From NCBI GenBank assembly GCA_020633435.1, contig JACKDP010000007.1:195531-259530 (forward strand): 64,000 nucleotides of DNA. Direction: 5' to 3'. Source of the DNA: Myxococcales bacterium. GTDB lineage: Bacteria; Myxococcota_A; Bradymonadia; UBA7976; UBA1532. Shown here in pieces: positions 28,801-39,276 of this stretch. A model generated the notes under the pieces. The model was not told the DNA's origin and ran no database searches. It saw only the letters and a program-made list of their open reading frames with translations. The first letter of the stretch is position 1. The number at the start of each line of letters is the position of its first letter. Position numbers and translations under genes: made by a program.

Positions 28801-29280
28801 TCAGGCGTCCGCGACGGCCCGCTTGAGATCGATGGGGGTCTCGTCCGGCAGGCTGCGGATCTCGACCTGGACGCCGCGGCGGATGAGCCCGCGCAGGCCA
28901 TCGATCTGGCCGTCGCTGAGGTACACCGCGTTGGTGAAGCGGCGGGTGCCGGCGCCGTGGTGGACGTTGCCGATGTTCAGGGCCGGGAAGCGATCGCCGG
29001 CCTCGAACAGGCGCACCGCGTCCTCCACCGTCTCGATGAGCACCAGGGTGCTGTCGCGCCCGTACCGGCGGCCGGCCAGCCAGGCGGCGGCCTCGCCGAC
29101 GCCGAGGGCCTGCACGGTGGTGCCGCTGGGGACCGTCATCTGGAACATGCTCATCTGCAAGGCGTTTTCGGGCGCCTGGTCGTTGGCGATGAGCACCCGG
29201 CGCACCCGCAGGAAGGGCAGCCAGGTCGCGATGATCTGGCCGTGCAGGAGGCGGTTGTCGACGCGATGAAACGGGTTCAA
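28801..29280 (-). CDS. PTS mannose/sorbose-family IIB component
   Basis: VDNRLLHGQI contains the phospho-His signature of sorbose-type IIB. TTG start overlaps the IIA stop. Confidence 0.85.
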   Translation of the reverse strand: MNPFHRVDNRLLHGQIIATWLPFLRVRRVLIANDQAPENALQMSMFQMTVPSGTTVQALGVGEAAAWLAGRRYGRDSTLVLIETVEDAVRLFEAGDRFPALNIGNVHHGAGTRRFTNAVYLSDGQIDGLRGLIRRGVQVEIRSLPDETPIDLKRAVADA

Positions 29281-29681
29281 GTGCCCTTCCCCCGGGCGCG
29301 CAGGAGCTCGCCGGCCACCAGGATGTTCTCCCGGGCGTGGTCCCGCGCGGCGGCGGCCACCGCGGCGACGTCCCCCTCGCGGCTGGTGTACAGCTTCAAG
29401 AGCATCGGCAGGTTCACGCCCGTGACGACCTCGACCTCGTTGAGGAACGAGAGGGAGAGGTTCGAGGGGGTGCCGCCGAACATGTCGCAGAGCAGCAGGA
29501 TGCCGTCCCCCGCGTCCACCTCGGCGATGGCCGCCCGCAGCCGGGCCAGCACGTCGTCCATGGGGTCGCCGCGCCGGACCGAGACGGCGGCGGCCTGGGG
29601 GAACTCGCCCACGATCATCGACGCGGTGTCGAGGAGCGCCTGGGCGAGGTTGTCGTGCGTGCAGATGACGACGCCGATCAT
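29277..29681 (-). CDS. PTS mannose-family IIA component
   Basis: MIGVVICTHDNLAQALLDTASMIVGE...LLLCDMFGGTP. Start trimmed to the ATG at 29681, which overlaps the rapZ stop. Confidence 0.8.
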   Translation of the reverse strand: MIGVVICTHDNLAQALLDTASMIVGEFPQAAAVSVRRGDPMDDVLARLRAAIAEVDAGDGILLLCDMFGGTPSNLSLSFLNEVEVVTGVNLPMLLKLYTSREGDVAAVAAAARDHARENILVAGELLRARGKGT

Positions 29682-30553
29682 CGTGTGTCCTTGTCGATGT
29701 CCCGGTGGCGCACGGTGATCGCGCGCCCCGCCGATCTCAGGTGACCCGCCAGGTGCTCGATGATGGACACCGAGCGGTGGCGTCCTCCGGTACACCCGAT
29801 GGCCACCGTCAGGTAGCTCTTTCCCTCAGCGTCGTACGCCGGCAGGACGTCGTCGATCAAGGGCACGAAGCGATCGAGGAAGCGGGCGGTGGCCTCGTGG
29901 GTGAGCACGAAGTCGCGGACGGGGGCGTCCAGCCCCGTCTGGGGCCGCAGCGCCTCGACGAAGTGGGGGTTGGGCAGGAAGCGGACGTCCCAGACGATGT
30001 CGGCCTCCTGGGGCACCCCCCAGGTGAAGCCGAAGCTCATCAGCGAGACGCGCGCCCCGGCCCGCCGGCTCTCCCCCGTGGCGAAGGCCTGTACCGCCGC
30101 CTTGCACTGGTGCACCGTCAGGTGGGAGGTGTCGATGATGCGGGAAGCCAGGGCGCGAAACGGCTGCATGGCCACGCGCGCCCGGGTGATGGCCTCGGGC
30201 AGCGAGAGCGACTCGCCCATGGGGTGGCGGCGCCGGGTGGCGCTGAACCGCCGCAGGAGCACGGCGTCCGTGGCCTCCAGGAACAGGATGTCGACGTCGG
30301 CGCCGCGGGCCCGCAGCGCGTCGAGCATCTTCAGCGTGGCCTCCGGATCGTCGACGTTGCGGCTGTCGAGGCCGAGGGCCAGCCGCGAGAGCTTGTCGGT
30401 GCCGCGGGCCAGGGCCACCAGCTTGGGCATGAGGGGCGGGGGCAGGGCGTCCACGCAGAAGTAGCCCAGGTCTTCCAGGGCGTGCAGGGCCGTGGAGATG
30501 CCCGAGCCGCTCAGGCCCGTGACCACCAGCAGCGCGGGGGCGACCTCACTCAA
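29678..30553 (-). CDS. rapZ: RNase adapter protein RapZ (YhbJ)
   Basis: P-loop VVTGLSGSGIS. Full-length similarity pattern to RapZ. Conserved position after hprK/ptsN. Confidence 0.9.
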   Translation of the reverse strand: MSEVAPALLVVTGLSGSGISTALHALEDLGYFCVDALPPPLMPKLVALARGTDKLSRLALGLDSRNVDDPEATLKMLDALRARGADVDILFLEATDAVLLRRFSATRRRHPMGESLSLPEAITRARVAMQPFRALASRIIDTSHLTVHQCKAAVQAFATGESRRAGARVSLMSFGFTWGVPQEADIVWDVRFLPNPHFVEALRPQTGLDAPVRDFVLTHEATARFLDRFVPLIDDVLPAYDAEGKSYLTVAIGCTGGRHRSVSIIEHLAGHLRSAGRAITVRHRDIDKDTR

Positions 30554-31532
30554 GATCCGTCTCCTCCGGCAGGGGCGGCGTGACCTCGACCGGCGCCGCC
30601 CCCCGCGTCAGCAGGCCCTGCAGCCGCGCCGCGAACGCCTGGGCGGAGTGCGTCCCCTGGGCCTTCAGCAGCCGGTCCCGCGCCGCCACCTCGATGATCA
30701 GCTTCAGCGAGCGCCCGGGGCGCACCGGCAGCGTCAGGTGCGTCACCGGCACGCCCGCCAGCATCATCCGCTGGGTGTCGAGGCCGACGCGATCATAGTG
30801 CGCCGTCGGGTCCCACTCCATCAGCTCGCAGACGAGCTCGACGCGCTTGCGCTCGCGCACGGCGGCCGCCCCGAACAGATCCTTGATGTTGAGGATGCCG
30901 AGGCCGCGGATCTCCATGTGATAGCGCGTCAGATCCGGCCCGGCCCCCACCACGACGCTGTTGGACTCCTGCTCCAGGATGACCACGTCGTCGGAGACGA
31001 GGCGGTGGCCGGCCGCCACCAGCTCCAGGGCCACCTCGCTCTTGCCGATGCCGCTCTTGCCGAGGATGAGGACGCCCACGCCGAAGACATCGATGAGGAC
31101 GCCGTGGATGCTCGCCCGCACCGCCAGCCAGCGGTGCAGGTGGGCGTTGACCCGCTCGGTGGCCACCGTGCTCGGCTCGTCCGTCAGGATGACGGCGAAC
31201 GGCTGCTCGTCCCCCACCTGGCAGAGCTCCGGCGGGGGCTCCAGGTCGGTCGTGACGACGAGGGCGGGGAAGTCGGCGGCGGCCAGGGCGTCGAGGACGG
31301 CCCGGCGCTTGTCGGGCGGCTGGCTCCACAGGTAGCCCAGCTCGGCCCGCCCCATCATCTGCACGCGGTCGTGCTCGAGGTGCACGGTGTAGCCCGTGAG
31401 GGCGACGCCGACGCGCTGGATGGTGGCCTGGTTGATGGGGCGAGGGCGGGCGGCGAGCCCCGCCACGAGCCGGTACCCGCGGGGCGCCAGCGCGTCGACC
31501 AGCTCCCCGACGGTCACCTCCGGGTGGAGCAT
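30546..31532 (-). CDS. hprK: HPr kinase/phosphorylase
   Basis: GVLIDVFGVGVLILGKSGIGKSEVALEL Walker A. Start trimmed to MLHPEVTVGEL at 31532 so it no longer overlaps ptsN. Confidence 0.9.
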   Translation of the reverse strand: MLHPEVTVGELVDALAPRGYRLVAGLAARPRPINQATIQRVGVALTGYTVHLEHDRVQMMGRAELGYLWSQPPDKRRAVLDALAAADFPALVVTTDLEPPPELCQVGDEQPFAVILTDEPSTVATERVNAHLHRWLAVRASIHGVLIDVFGVGVLILGKSGIGKSEVALELVAAGHRLVSDDVVILEQESNSVVVGAGPDLTRYHMEIRGLGILNIKDLFGAAAVRERKRVELVCELMEWDPTAHYDRVGLDTQRMMLAGVPVTHLTLPVRPGRSLKLIIEVAARDRLLKAQGTHSAQAFAARLQGLLTRGAAPVEVTPPLPEETDLE

Positions 31533-31587
31533 CGTCCTCGCCTCGGGCCGGCCCCCCGCGAGGGCGTGGGGGGAGGGGCCAGCACGG

Positions 31588-32049
31588 TCAGAGCTTCTCG
31601 TCCTCGGCGAGGAGAGCCGCGTAGAGGGAGCCGGCGTCCGGCGCGTCCAGGAGGGCCTGGCGGACGGTGGCGTCCTTGAGGAGCCGCGACACGCGGGCCA
31701 GCGCCTTGAGGTGCAGGCCGTGCTTGGACTCCGGCACGATGAGGGTGAAGAAGAGGTGCGTCGGCTGGCCATCCAGGCTCTGGAAGTCGACGCCCCCGCG
31801 GCTGCGGCCGACACAGGCGATCACATCGCCTACCGCGTCCGTCTTGCCGTGGGGGATGGCCACCCCCTCGCCGATGCCGGTGCTCTGCAGCTTCTCGCGC
31901 CGCTGCAGGGTGTCGACGAGGTGGTTGGGGTCCAGGTCCGGCTGGACCTTGAGGATCAGGCCCACCAGCTCCCGGAGCACGCCCGCCTTGTTGGACGCGC
32001 CCAGGTCGGCCTCGATGGCCGCCGGGTGGAGAAAATCAGAGATGCGCAT
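31588..32049 (-). CDS. ptsN: PTS IIA(Ntr) nitrogen-regulatory protein
   Basis: GIGEGVAIPHGK (phospho-His site). Directly downstream of rpoN. Confidence 0.85.
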   Translation of the reverse strand: MRISDFLHPAAIEADLGASNKAGVLRELVGLILKVQPDLDPNHLVDTLQRREKLQSTGIGEGVAIPHGKTDAVGDVIACVGRSRGGVDFQSLDGQPTHLFFTLIVPESKHGLHLKALARVSRLLKDATVRQALLDAPDAGSLYAALLAEDEKL

Positions 32050-32134
32050 CGTCGCTCGTCTCTAGGCTCGGGCCGCCGCGCGACCCGCCCGGGGACGGGC
32101 AGGCGTCCTGCCGCGTCCCCCCCGCGTTGTTCTT

Positions 32135-33575
32135 CTAGAAGAGCCGCCGCCGCTTGGAGCTGGGCAGCACGCCCATGGCTTCCCGGTACTTGGCCACCGT
32201 GCGCCGGGCGATCTTCACCCCGTCCTTGCGCAGCAGCTCCACGATCTTCTGGTCGCTGTAGGGATCGTCTCCGTCTTCCTGGGAGACCAGATCCTTGATC
32301 TTCTTCTTGACCGCCTCGCTCGCGAGATCCCCCTGCGAGCCCACGCCGGTGATCGTCGAGTTGAAGAAGTACTTCAGCTCGAAGATGCCCTGGGGCGTGT
32401 GCACGTACTTGTTGTTGGTCACCCGGCTGACCGTGGACTCGTGCATGCCGATGTCCTCGGCCACGTTGCGCAGGATGAGGGGCTTCAGGTGCTCGACCCC
32501 CTTCTCCAGGAAGTCGCGCTGGAACCGGATGATGCTCTCGGTGACCTTCACGATGGTCTTCTGCCGCTGCTGGATGCTGCGGATGAGCCACTGGGCGGAG
32601 TTGAGCTTCTCGGTGACGTACTTCTTCGTGTCGGAGTTGCCTCCGGACGACAGGGCCTGCCGGTAGAACGCCGAGATGCGCAGCCGGGGCATGCCGTCCT
32701 CGTTGAGGACCGCCTTGTACTCCCCATCCACCCGCCGGATGTAGATGTCGGGGGTGATGTACCGGGGCCGCTCGTTGATGTAGGGCCGACCGGGGCGCGG
32801 CTCCAGGGAGGCGATGAGCTTCGCCGCCTCGATGATCTCGTCCTCGTCGATCTCCAGCGCCCGCGCGATGGCCGGGATGTTCTTCTTCTCCAGGTTCGGC
32901 AGGTGCTTCGCGATGATGTCCTCGACGATGGAGCCCAGCTCGTGGAAGCGCGCCTGGATGAGCAGGCACTCCTTCAGATCGCGGGCGCCGACCCCGATGG
33001 GATCGAAGGTATCCTGAATGATCTCCAGGACTTCCTCCACGTACTCCTCGTCCTGGTCCAGCTCCTCGGCGATCTGCGCGCAGGTGACGTCCTTCAGGTA
33101 GCCGTCGTCGTCGAGGTTGAAGACCAGCGTGGAGGCGACCCGCTTCTCCTGCTCGGAGAACTCCGAGACCTGCAGCTGCCAGATCAGGTGATCGTGCAGC
33201 GTGGTCTCCTTGGTGAGGGTGGCCTCGTAGCCCGGCAGATCGTCGTCGCGCAGGCGCTGGGTGCCGGTGCCGGGGGTGGGGGTCGAGTAGTTCTGGAAGT
33301 AGGCCTCCCAGTCGATCTGGTTGGCGGCCTGCTCGCTGAGCTGCGAGCCGTCCACCTCGACGTCGGGGGTGCGGTCCTTCTGGTCCTGATCGCGCATCTC
33401 CTGGACGGTGTCCAGGCGCGCCGCGTGGGCGTCGATCTCCGATGACTCTTCGAGCATCGGGTTCTCCATGAGCTCCTCGCGCACGGCGTCGATCAGATCC
33501 ATACGCGAGAGCTGAAGCAGCTTGATGGCCTGCTGCAGCTGGGGCGTCATCACCAGCTGCTGGCCAAGCTTCAGC

Positions 33576-33598
<23 letters not shown>
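32135..33598 (-). CDS. rpoN: RNA polymerase sigma-54 factor
   Basis: N-terminal LKLGQQLVMTPQLQQAIKLLQLS. C-terminal RpoN box ARRTVAKYRE. Start set at MGLDMRL (33598). An alternative ATG at 33586 is also possible. Confidence 0.95.
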
Positions 33599-34336
<738 letters not shown>

Positions 34337-34340
<4 letters not shown>

Positions 34341-34780
34341 CCGGGGGGGCGGGGCAGCGTGATGCGGGGGGCCTGGATGCGCCCGCGGGCCTGCTCGACG
34401 ACCACCCGCCCCTGGCCGGGCCAGTAGACGATGCGAGCGCCGCTGAGCCGATCCTTGCCGCGCGTGACCTCGGGGCTGCCCGTCAGCTCCAGACGGTCCT
34501 CGCCGCGCTGGTAGCGGGCGGCGTCGGCCCGCGCCGACAGCTCCCCCTGGGTGACGGTGACGCCGCCGGACGCCGACAGGCCGTCCACCTCGCCGTCCTT
34601 GCCGTAGCGCGCCTCGAGCACCGCGCAGCGCAGCTCCAGATCGCCCTGGCGCGCGACGACCTCGCCCGTGAAGCGCACCTGGCCCGTGGCCTGGTCCAGC
34701 TCCAGGCGCGCCGCGCGGATGTCGAGCGTCTCGGCGGGGGGCGCGGCGAGGGCCAGCAGCAGGGCGAAGACGGGGTGCAC
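34337..34780 (-). CDS. lptA: LPS transport periplasmic protein LptA (OstA-like)
   Basis: GTG start at 34780 with GGAGG 5 nt upstream. Signal peptide VHPVFALLLALAA. OstA-like beta-jellyroll (DLELRCAVLEARY...GGVTVTQGEL). Confidence 0.7.
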
Positions 34781-34788
34781 GGGCCTCC

Positions 34789-35649
34789 TCAGCGCGTCGC
34801 GTCGCCGGACCCTACCACGGCGGGCCAGCGGGCGTGCAGCCAGACCCACCGGCGCGGATCCGCCCGGATGAGCCCCTCCAGGCGCGCGGTGGCCGCGTCG
34901 AGGGGGCGGTCCGCGGGCAGGCGCTCGGCGTGGATGGTGGTGCCGGCCCCGTCCGGCGCGCTCCAGACGAAGAGCACCGGGGCGCCGGTGGCCGCCTGCA
35001 GGCGCTCCACCGTCAGCGGCACCGGGGCGGGGCGCCCGAAGAACGGGACGAGCCGCGACCGCTCGCGGGTGGCCTGATCGACGAAGAACGCCACCGTCTC
35101 GCCCGCCGCCAGCCGGGCGCGGGCCTCCCGGGCGCCGCCCCCCGGCCCCAGCACCCGCAGGCCCAGGGCCGCCCGCTCCCGGGCCAGCCAGCGGTAGAGC
35201 GGCCCGCCCTGCGACCGCGCCCCCACCGCGACGACGGGCACCCCCGCCCGGGCGAGGGCCGCGCCGAGCAGCTCCCAGTTGCCCAGGTGGGCGGTGGCCA
35301 CCAGCACCCCGCGCCCCTCGGCCCGCGCGGCCTCCCAGCAGGCCAGCGCCGCCGCGTCCACGCGCCAGGTGGGCAGCACGCGCGCGGCGTTCACCCAGGC
35401 GGCGACCCGGCGGCCCAGATCGGCGAAGCAGTCCCCGACGGGCGGGGGCTCGGCCAGGCTCAGGGCCAGGGCCTCGGCCACGCGGCGGCGATCCCGCCGG
35501 GCCAGCAGGCCGATGAGCCGCCCCGTCCCCGCCCCCAGGCCCAGCGCCCAGGGCAGGGGCAGCGTGCGCAGCAACCCCGCGAAACCACGCAGGAAAACCA
35601 GCGCGATCCCGTGGCGCAGCGGCCGCGTCCGGCGCCGCAGGCGGCCCAC
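34789..35649 (-). CDS. Lipid A biosynthesis (Kdo)2-lipid IVA acyltransferase, LpxL/HtrB family
   Basis: ATAHLGNWEL (HxxNWE motif of LpxL/LpxM). Sits between kdsA and lptA. Confidence 0.75.
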   Translation of the reverse strand: MGRLRRRTRPLRHGIALVFLRGFAGLLRTLPLPWALGLGAGTGRLIGLLARRDRRRVAEALALSLAEPPPVGDCFADLGRRVAAWVNAARVLPTWRVDAAALACWEAARAEGRGVLVATAHLGNWELLGAALARAGVPVVAVGARSQGGPLYRWLARERAALGLRVLGPGGGAREARARLAAGETVAFFVDQATRERSRLVPFFGRPAPVPLTVERLQAATGAPVLFVWSAPDGAGTTIHAERLPADRPLDAATARLEGLIRADPRRWVWLHARWPAVVGSGDATR

Positions 35650-35650
35650 C

Positions 35651-36442
35651 TCAGGCGGCGGCGCGCCGGGCGGCGTCGATGGCCTGGACCTGCCGCACCA
35701 GCGTGGCGAACTCGGCGGGGGTGAGCTGGGTGTCGGCGTCGGAGCGGGCCCGGCTGGGATCGATGTGGACCTCCGCGAAGAGGCCGTCCACGCCGACCGC
35801 CGCGGCGGCGCGGGCCAGGGGCAGGGCCATGGCCCGGTCGCCCCCGGTGGTGGGCCCCGTGCCGGCCGGCACCTGCACCGCGTGGGTGCAGTCGTAGAGC
35901 AGGGGCACGCCCGCCGCGCGCATCCAGACCAGCGCGCGCGGATCCACCACCAGGTCGCCGTGGCCGAACGCGGTGCCGCGCTCCGTCAGCCACACCGGCC
36001 CGCCGCCCGCCTTCTCGACCACCAGCCCCATGCGCCGCGGATCGAGGAACTGGCCCCGCTTGATGTTGAGGGGCCGGCCGGTGCGGGCGGCGGCCACGAT
36101 GAGGTCGGTCTGCCGGCAGAGGAAGGCCGGGATCTGCAGCACGTCGGCCACCTCGGCGGCGGCCTCGCACTGCTCGGGCAGGTGGACGTCGGTGAGGATG
36201 GGCAGGCCGTAGCGGTCCTTGACCTCGGCCAGCACGTTCAGGCCCGCGGTGAGGCCCGGCCCGCGGAAGGCGTGCAGGCTGCTGCGGTTGGCCTTGTCGA
36301 AGCTGGCCTTGAAGATCAGGGGCAGCTTCATCGCCGCCAGGGCCGCCGCCACGGCGTAGGTCAGGTCGGCGTCCTCGATGACGCAGGGCCCGGCGACGAA
36401 GACGAGCGGGTGGCCGGAGCCGATGGGCGGCAGGGTGCTCAT
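35651..36442 (-). CDS. kdsA: 3-deoxy-8-phosphooctulonate synthase
   Basis: LVFVAGPCVIE...LIFKASFDKANRSS...AFLCRQTDL. AGGAGG RBS. Start at MSTLPPIG (36442). Confidence 0.9.
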   Translation of the reverse strand: MSTLPPIGSGHPLVFVAGPCVIEDADLTYAVAAALAAMKLPLIFKASFDKANRSSLHAFRGPGLTAGLNVLAEVKDRYGLPILTDVHLPEQCEAAAEVADVLQIPAFLCRQTDLIVAAARTGRPLNIKRGQFLDPRRMGLVVEKAGGGPVWLTERGTAFGHGDLVVDPRALVWMRAAGVPLLYDCTHAVQVPAGTGPTTGGDRAMALPLARAAAAVGVDGLFAEVHIDPSRARSDADTQLTPAEFATLVRQVQAIDAARRAAA

Positions 36443-36552
36443 GGGCGCTCCTCCTGGGGTCGGGCGGCAGCATAGCCGACGGGCCGGGCCGGCACACTGG
36501 CGCCGCGGGGCCTGGGACGCCATGATCGGCGGGTTGTGGCCCGGAGGTCCCC

Positions 36553-37305
36553 ATGCAGCCCGAAGAAGAGGTCCGCCGCTCCCCGCTCCTGCCCGCCTCG
36601 TGGGAGCTGCCCGACGCCATCGTCCGCCGCGTGGGCGACACGGTGGGCCGCCAGCGCGCGATGATCGCCGAGGGCCACCTGCTGCTGCTGCTGCACGCGG
36701 TGCCCGATCCCGAGGTGGCGGATCGGCAGCCGGCGCTCTTCTGGCGGGCCCCGGACGGTGCGTGGCGAGCGAGCGTGGGGCGCGGCGCCGGGGCGACGGC
36801 CCTGATGGCGCACCTGAAGGCCTACGACGACGCGGTGGAGGCGCTGGAGAAGCGCACCGAGGCGGCCGAGACCGCCGACGACTGGTTCGCGCTCATCCGC
36901 TGGGTGGTGCCGCTGCACCGGTCCGCCCGCAACATGCTGGCCACGCTGCAGTCGGCCCGCGAGGCGCTGCCCGACGCCCGCCAGCTCATCATCGCCCGCG
37001 ACCTCGCCATCGACGTGGAGCGGGGCGCCGAGCTGGTGCACGAGGAGGCCGAGCACGGCCTGCGGTTCGCCCAGGCCCAGCAGGCCGAGGCCCAGGCCGA
37101 GGCGGCGGAGCAGATGGCCCGGGCCGGCCACCGCCTGAACATGCTGGCCGCGCTCTTCCTGCCGCTGACCGCGGTGGGGGGCCTCTTCGGGATGAACCTG
37201 CCGTTCGGCTTCGAGGCGGATCCGTGGATGTTCTGGGCGGCCCTCGGCGGCTCCATCGCCGTGGGGCTGCTCTTCAGCCGGCAGCTCCGGGCGAGTCGTC
37301 GCTGA
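36553..37305 (+). CDS. CorA-family divalent-cation transporter-like protein (short form)
   Basis: C-terminal TM pair with the GMN signature (LFGMNLPFG). Confidence 0.7.
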   Translation: MQPEEEVRRSPLLPASWELPDAIVRRVGDTVGRQRAMIAEGHLLLLLHAVPDPEVADRQPALFWRAPDGAWRASVGRGAGATALMAHLKAYDDAVEALEKRTEAAETADDWFALIRWVVPLHRSARNMLATLQSAREALPDARQLIIARDLAIDVERGAELVHEEAEHGLRFAQAQQAEAQAEAAEQMARAGHRLNMLAALFLPLTAVGGLFGMNLPFGFEADPWMFWAALGGSIAVGLLFSRQLRASRR

Positions 37306-37612
37306 CGGCGGGCAGGCGCCCGCGGGCCCGCCAGGCCAGGCGATCGGGCCCGAGGTGGGGCCGCTCCAGCGTCATGGGCAGCCAGGCCCGGTCGTGCAGC
37401 GTCTCCCAGACCACCGGCGTCGGATCGTCGGCGCGCGTGCGGCGGACGCGGCGCCGCAGCACCCCGTCGCGCTTCATCCAGCGCACCTCGATCTCGCGGA
37501 CCTCGCCGCCGGCCCACCACAGCGGGTTCTCCGCCGAGGTCTCCGTCCAGGCGAGGACCTGGCCGCTCTCCAGGAGGCGGGCGGTGGTGGCCCGGGCGTC
37601 GTCGGCGGTCAC
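37274..37612 (-). CDS. Hypothetical protein (112 aa), translationally coupled
   Basis: GTG start overlaps the upstream stop (GTGA). Coding-like sequence VTADDARATTARLLESGQVLAWTETSAENPLWW... Confidence 0.4.
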   Translation of the reverse strand: MTADDARATTARLLESGQVLAWTETSAENPLWWAGGEVREIEVRWMKRDGVLRRRVRRTRADDPTPVVWETLHDRAWLPMTLERPHLGPDRLAWRARGRLPAVSDDSPGAAG

Positions 37613-39228
37613 GGGCTGGCCTCCAGGCTCAAGATCCAGTCGCGCACCAGCGCCACCCGGTCGGGGGGCAGCAGGGTGGGCGAGTTGAGGGGCATATGGG
37701 CCAGCTCCTCGCGGGCGGCGTCCGTGGGGACGCAGCGGGCGACGCGCTGGTAGAGGGGGCTGGCCTCGGGATCGCCGGGCACCACGAGCGGGCCGCCGTC
37801 CACCTGGTGGCCGCGCAGGCTGGCCTCGAGGGTGGCGGCGTCGGGGCTCGACAGGTCGAGGCCGGCGGCCGGGCGGGTGGCGCCGTGGCAGGCCGAGAAC
37901 GCGCAGCTCGGCCGGAAGACGACGCCGTGCAGGTTCTCCAGCGTCGGCTCGGTGAGGGCCAGGGCGTCCGCCGGCGTGTCGACGCACTCGGGCTCCTGGC
38001 CGACCTCACCCGGATCGTCGGCGGCGGGCACCACGAGCGGGCCGGCCAGCTCCTCGGGCGTCGGCGGGGCCTGGCCCTCGGCCTTCGGCACCGCGAGCAC
38101 GACGCACGGGCCAGAAAAGTAAGAGATTCCAAGCTCTTCGCGCTGCAGGCTGCTGTTGGCCACGACGCTGTTGTCGAGCATGATGCGGGCCTCGGCGAAG
38201 CCCAGCATGACGCACATCTCCTGGTCGCCGGTGCCCCAGCCCACCTCCACCGGCCGCGGGTTGTCGTAGCCGCAGGTCACCGCCAGGCCGTCGATGTCGC
38301 TGATGTCGAGGGGCGGATCGAACGCCTTGCCGTGGGGCTCGGCGTCGAAGCCATCGAGGCGGTAGATGGACTCGCCGTCCCGGGTCCCGCCGCGGATGGT
38401 CACGTCGAACCAGTTGCCGAGCTCGTGGTAGTGCGGCAGCAGCCAGTAGAGCTTCATGTCGAAGGGCTGCCCGGTGGTGCGGCGGTAGGCGTCCGCCATG
38501 TGGCAGTCGGCCGTGAAGCGCGAGGCCTGGAGCGCGGGCAGGGTGAGGGGCAGGTAGCTGTAGCGAAACGGGGTGACGACCACCCGCACGTCGCGGGGGT
38601 GCACGACGTCGAGGGCCATCTGCAGCGAGGTGGTCGTGGGCCCCGCCGACAGGTTCAGCAGGTGGACGTTGGCGACCACCTTGTGGCGCGGCGGCACCTT
38701 GATGACGACGCCGTCGCCCAGGCGCTGCTCCTCGAACTGGGACTGGGTGGACTGGGCGAAGAGCACGGCGCCGGCGAGGGCCGCCCGCAGCTCGTCGAAG
38801 CCGCGCTGGCGGCAGCGGAAGTAGCCGTCCTCCCCCGGGAACTCGTCCTCGGGCACCACGAACCAGTTGGAGTGGTGGAAGCCGCCGCCGTTGGCCAGGG
38901 CCACGCGCTCGACGTAGAGGGCGGCGTCGTTGTCGAGCGTCCACTGGACGCAGCGCGTCTCCTCCTGGAAGGGCTCGAGCTCGCGGGGGCCGAAGGCGTG
39001 GGCCAGGGTCACGCGCTCGACGGGCGGGCGGGCCGCGTCGGGTGCGTCGGCGCCGGCGTCCTGGGCGGGCGCGGCGTCGTCCGCCGCGGCGTCGCCGGCC
39101 GCGTCGGGCGCGGCGTCGACGACGGCGCCGGCCTCCGGGGCCGGATCGGCCTGGGGATCGGCCTCCCCGCAGGCGGCGACGAGGGAGAGCAGCAGGAGGA
39201 CGGGGGTGCGCATGGCCGATCTCGCCAA
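37609..39228 (-). CDS. Lipoprotein: PHM/DBH-like copper type-II monooxygenase fold fused to a planctomycete-cytochrome-C-like (PSCyt1-like) C-terminal domain
   Basis: Lipobox LLLLSLVAACG. Putative CuH ligands FHHSNW + downstream H. Putative CuM ligands LLPHYHELG + GDQEMCVML (compare PHM ..EEMCN..). C-terminal ...SCAFSACHG..GLDLSS...GGPLVVPGDPEASPLYQRV....MPLNSPTLLPPDRVALVRDWI matches the PSCyt1 pattern but with CX4CH instead of CXXCH. Confidence 0.65.
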   Translation of the reverse strand: MARSAMRTPVLLLLSLVAACGEADPQADPAPEAGAVVDAAPDAAGDAAADDAAPAQDAGADAPDAARPPVERVTLAHAFGPRELEPFQEETRCVQWTLDNDAALYVERVALANGGGFHHSNWFVVPEDEFPGEDGYFRCRQRGFDELRAALAGAVLFAQSTQSQFEEQRLGDGVVIKVPPRHKVVANVHLLNLSAGPTTTSLQMALDVVHPRDVRVVVTPFRYSYLPLTLPALQASRFTADCHMADAYRRTTGQPFDMKLYWLLPHYHELGNWFDVTIRGGTRDGESIYRLDGFDAEPHGKAFDPPLDISDIDGLAVTCGYDNPRPVEVGWGTGDQEMCVMLGFAEARIMLDNSVVANSSLQREELGISYFSGPCVVLAVPKAEGQAPPTPEELAGPLVVPAADDPGEVGQEPECVDTPADALALTEPTLENLHGVVFRPSCAFSACHGATRPAAGLDLSSPDAATLEASLRGHQVDGGPLVVPGDPEASPLYQRVARCVPTDAAREELAHMPLNSPTLLPPDRVALVRDWILSLEASP

Positions 39229-39276
39229 CTGGTCAGACCAGTATCATCGCGCGGTCGCCGGCATCACCGCAAGGCG

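Noticed and set aside
30546-31814. 422-aa hprK ORF, and 459-aa IID ORF (27287..28666), with long N-terminal extensions
   Set aside because: The extensions are junk and overlap the upstream genes (ptsN, IIC). Internal ATGs give canonical lengths and tight ATGA coupling.
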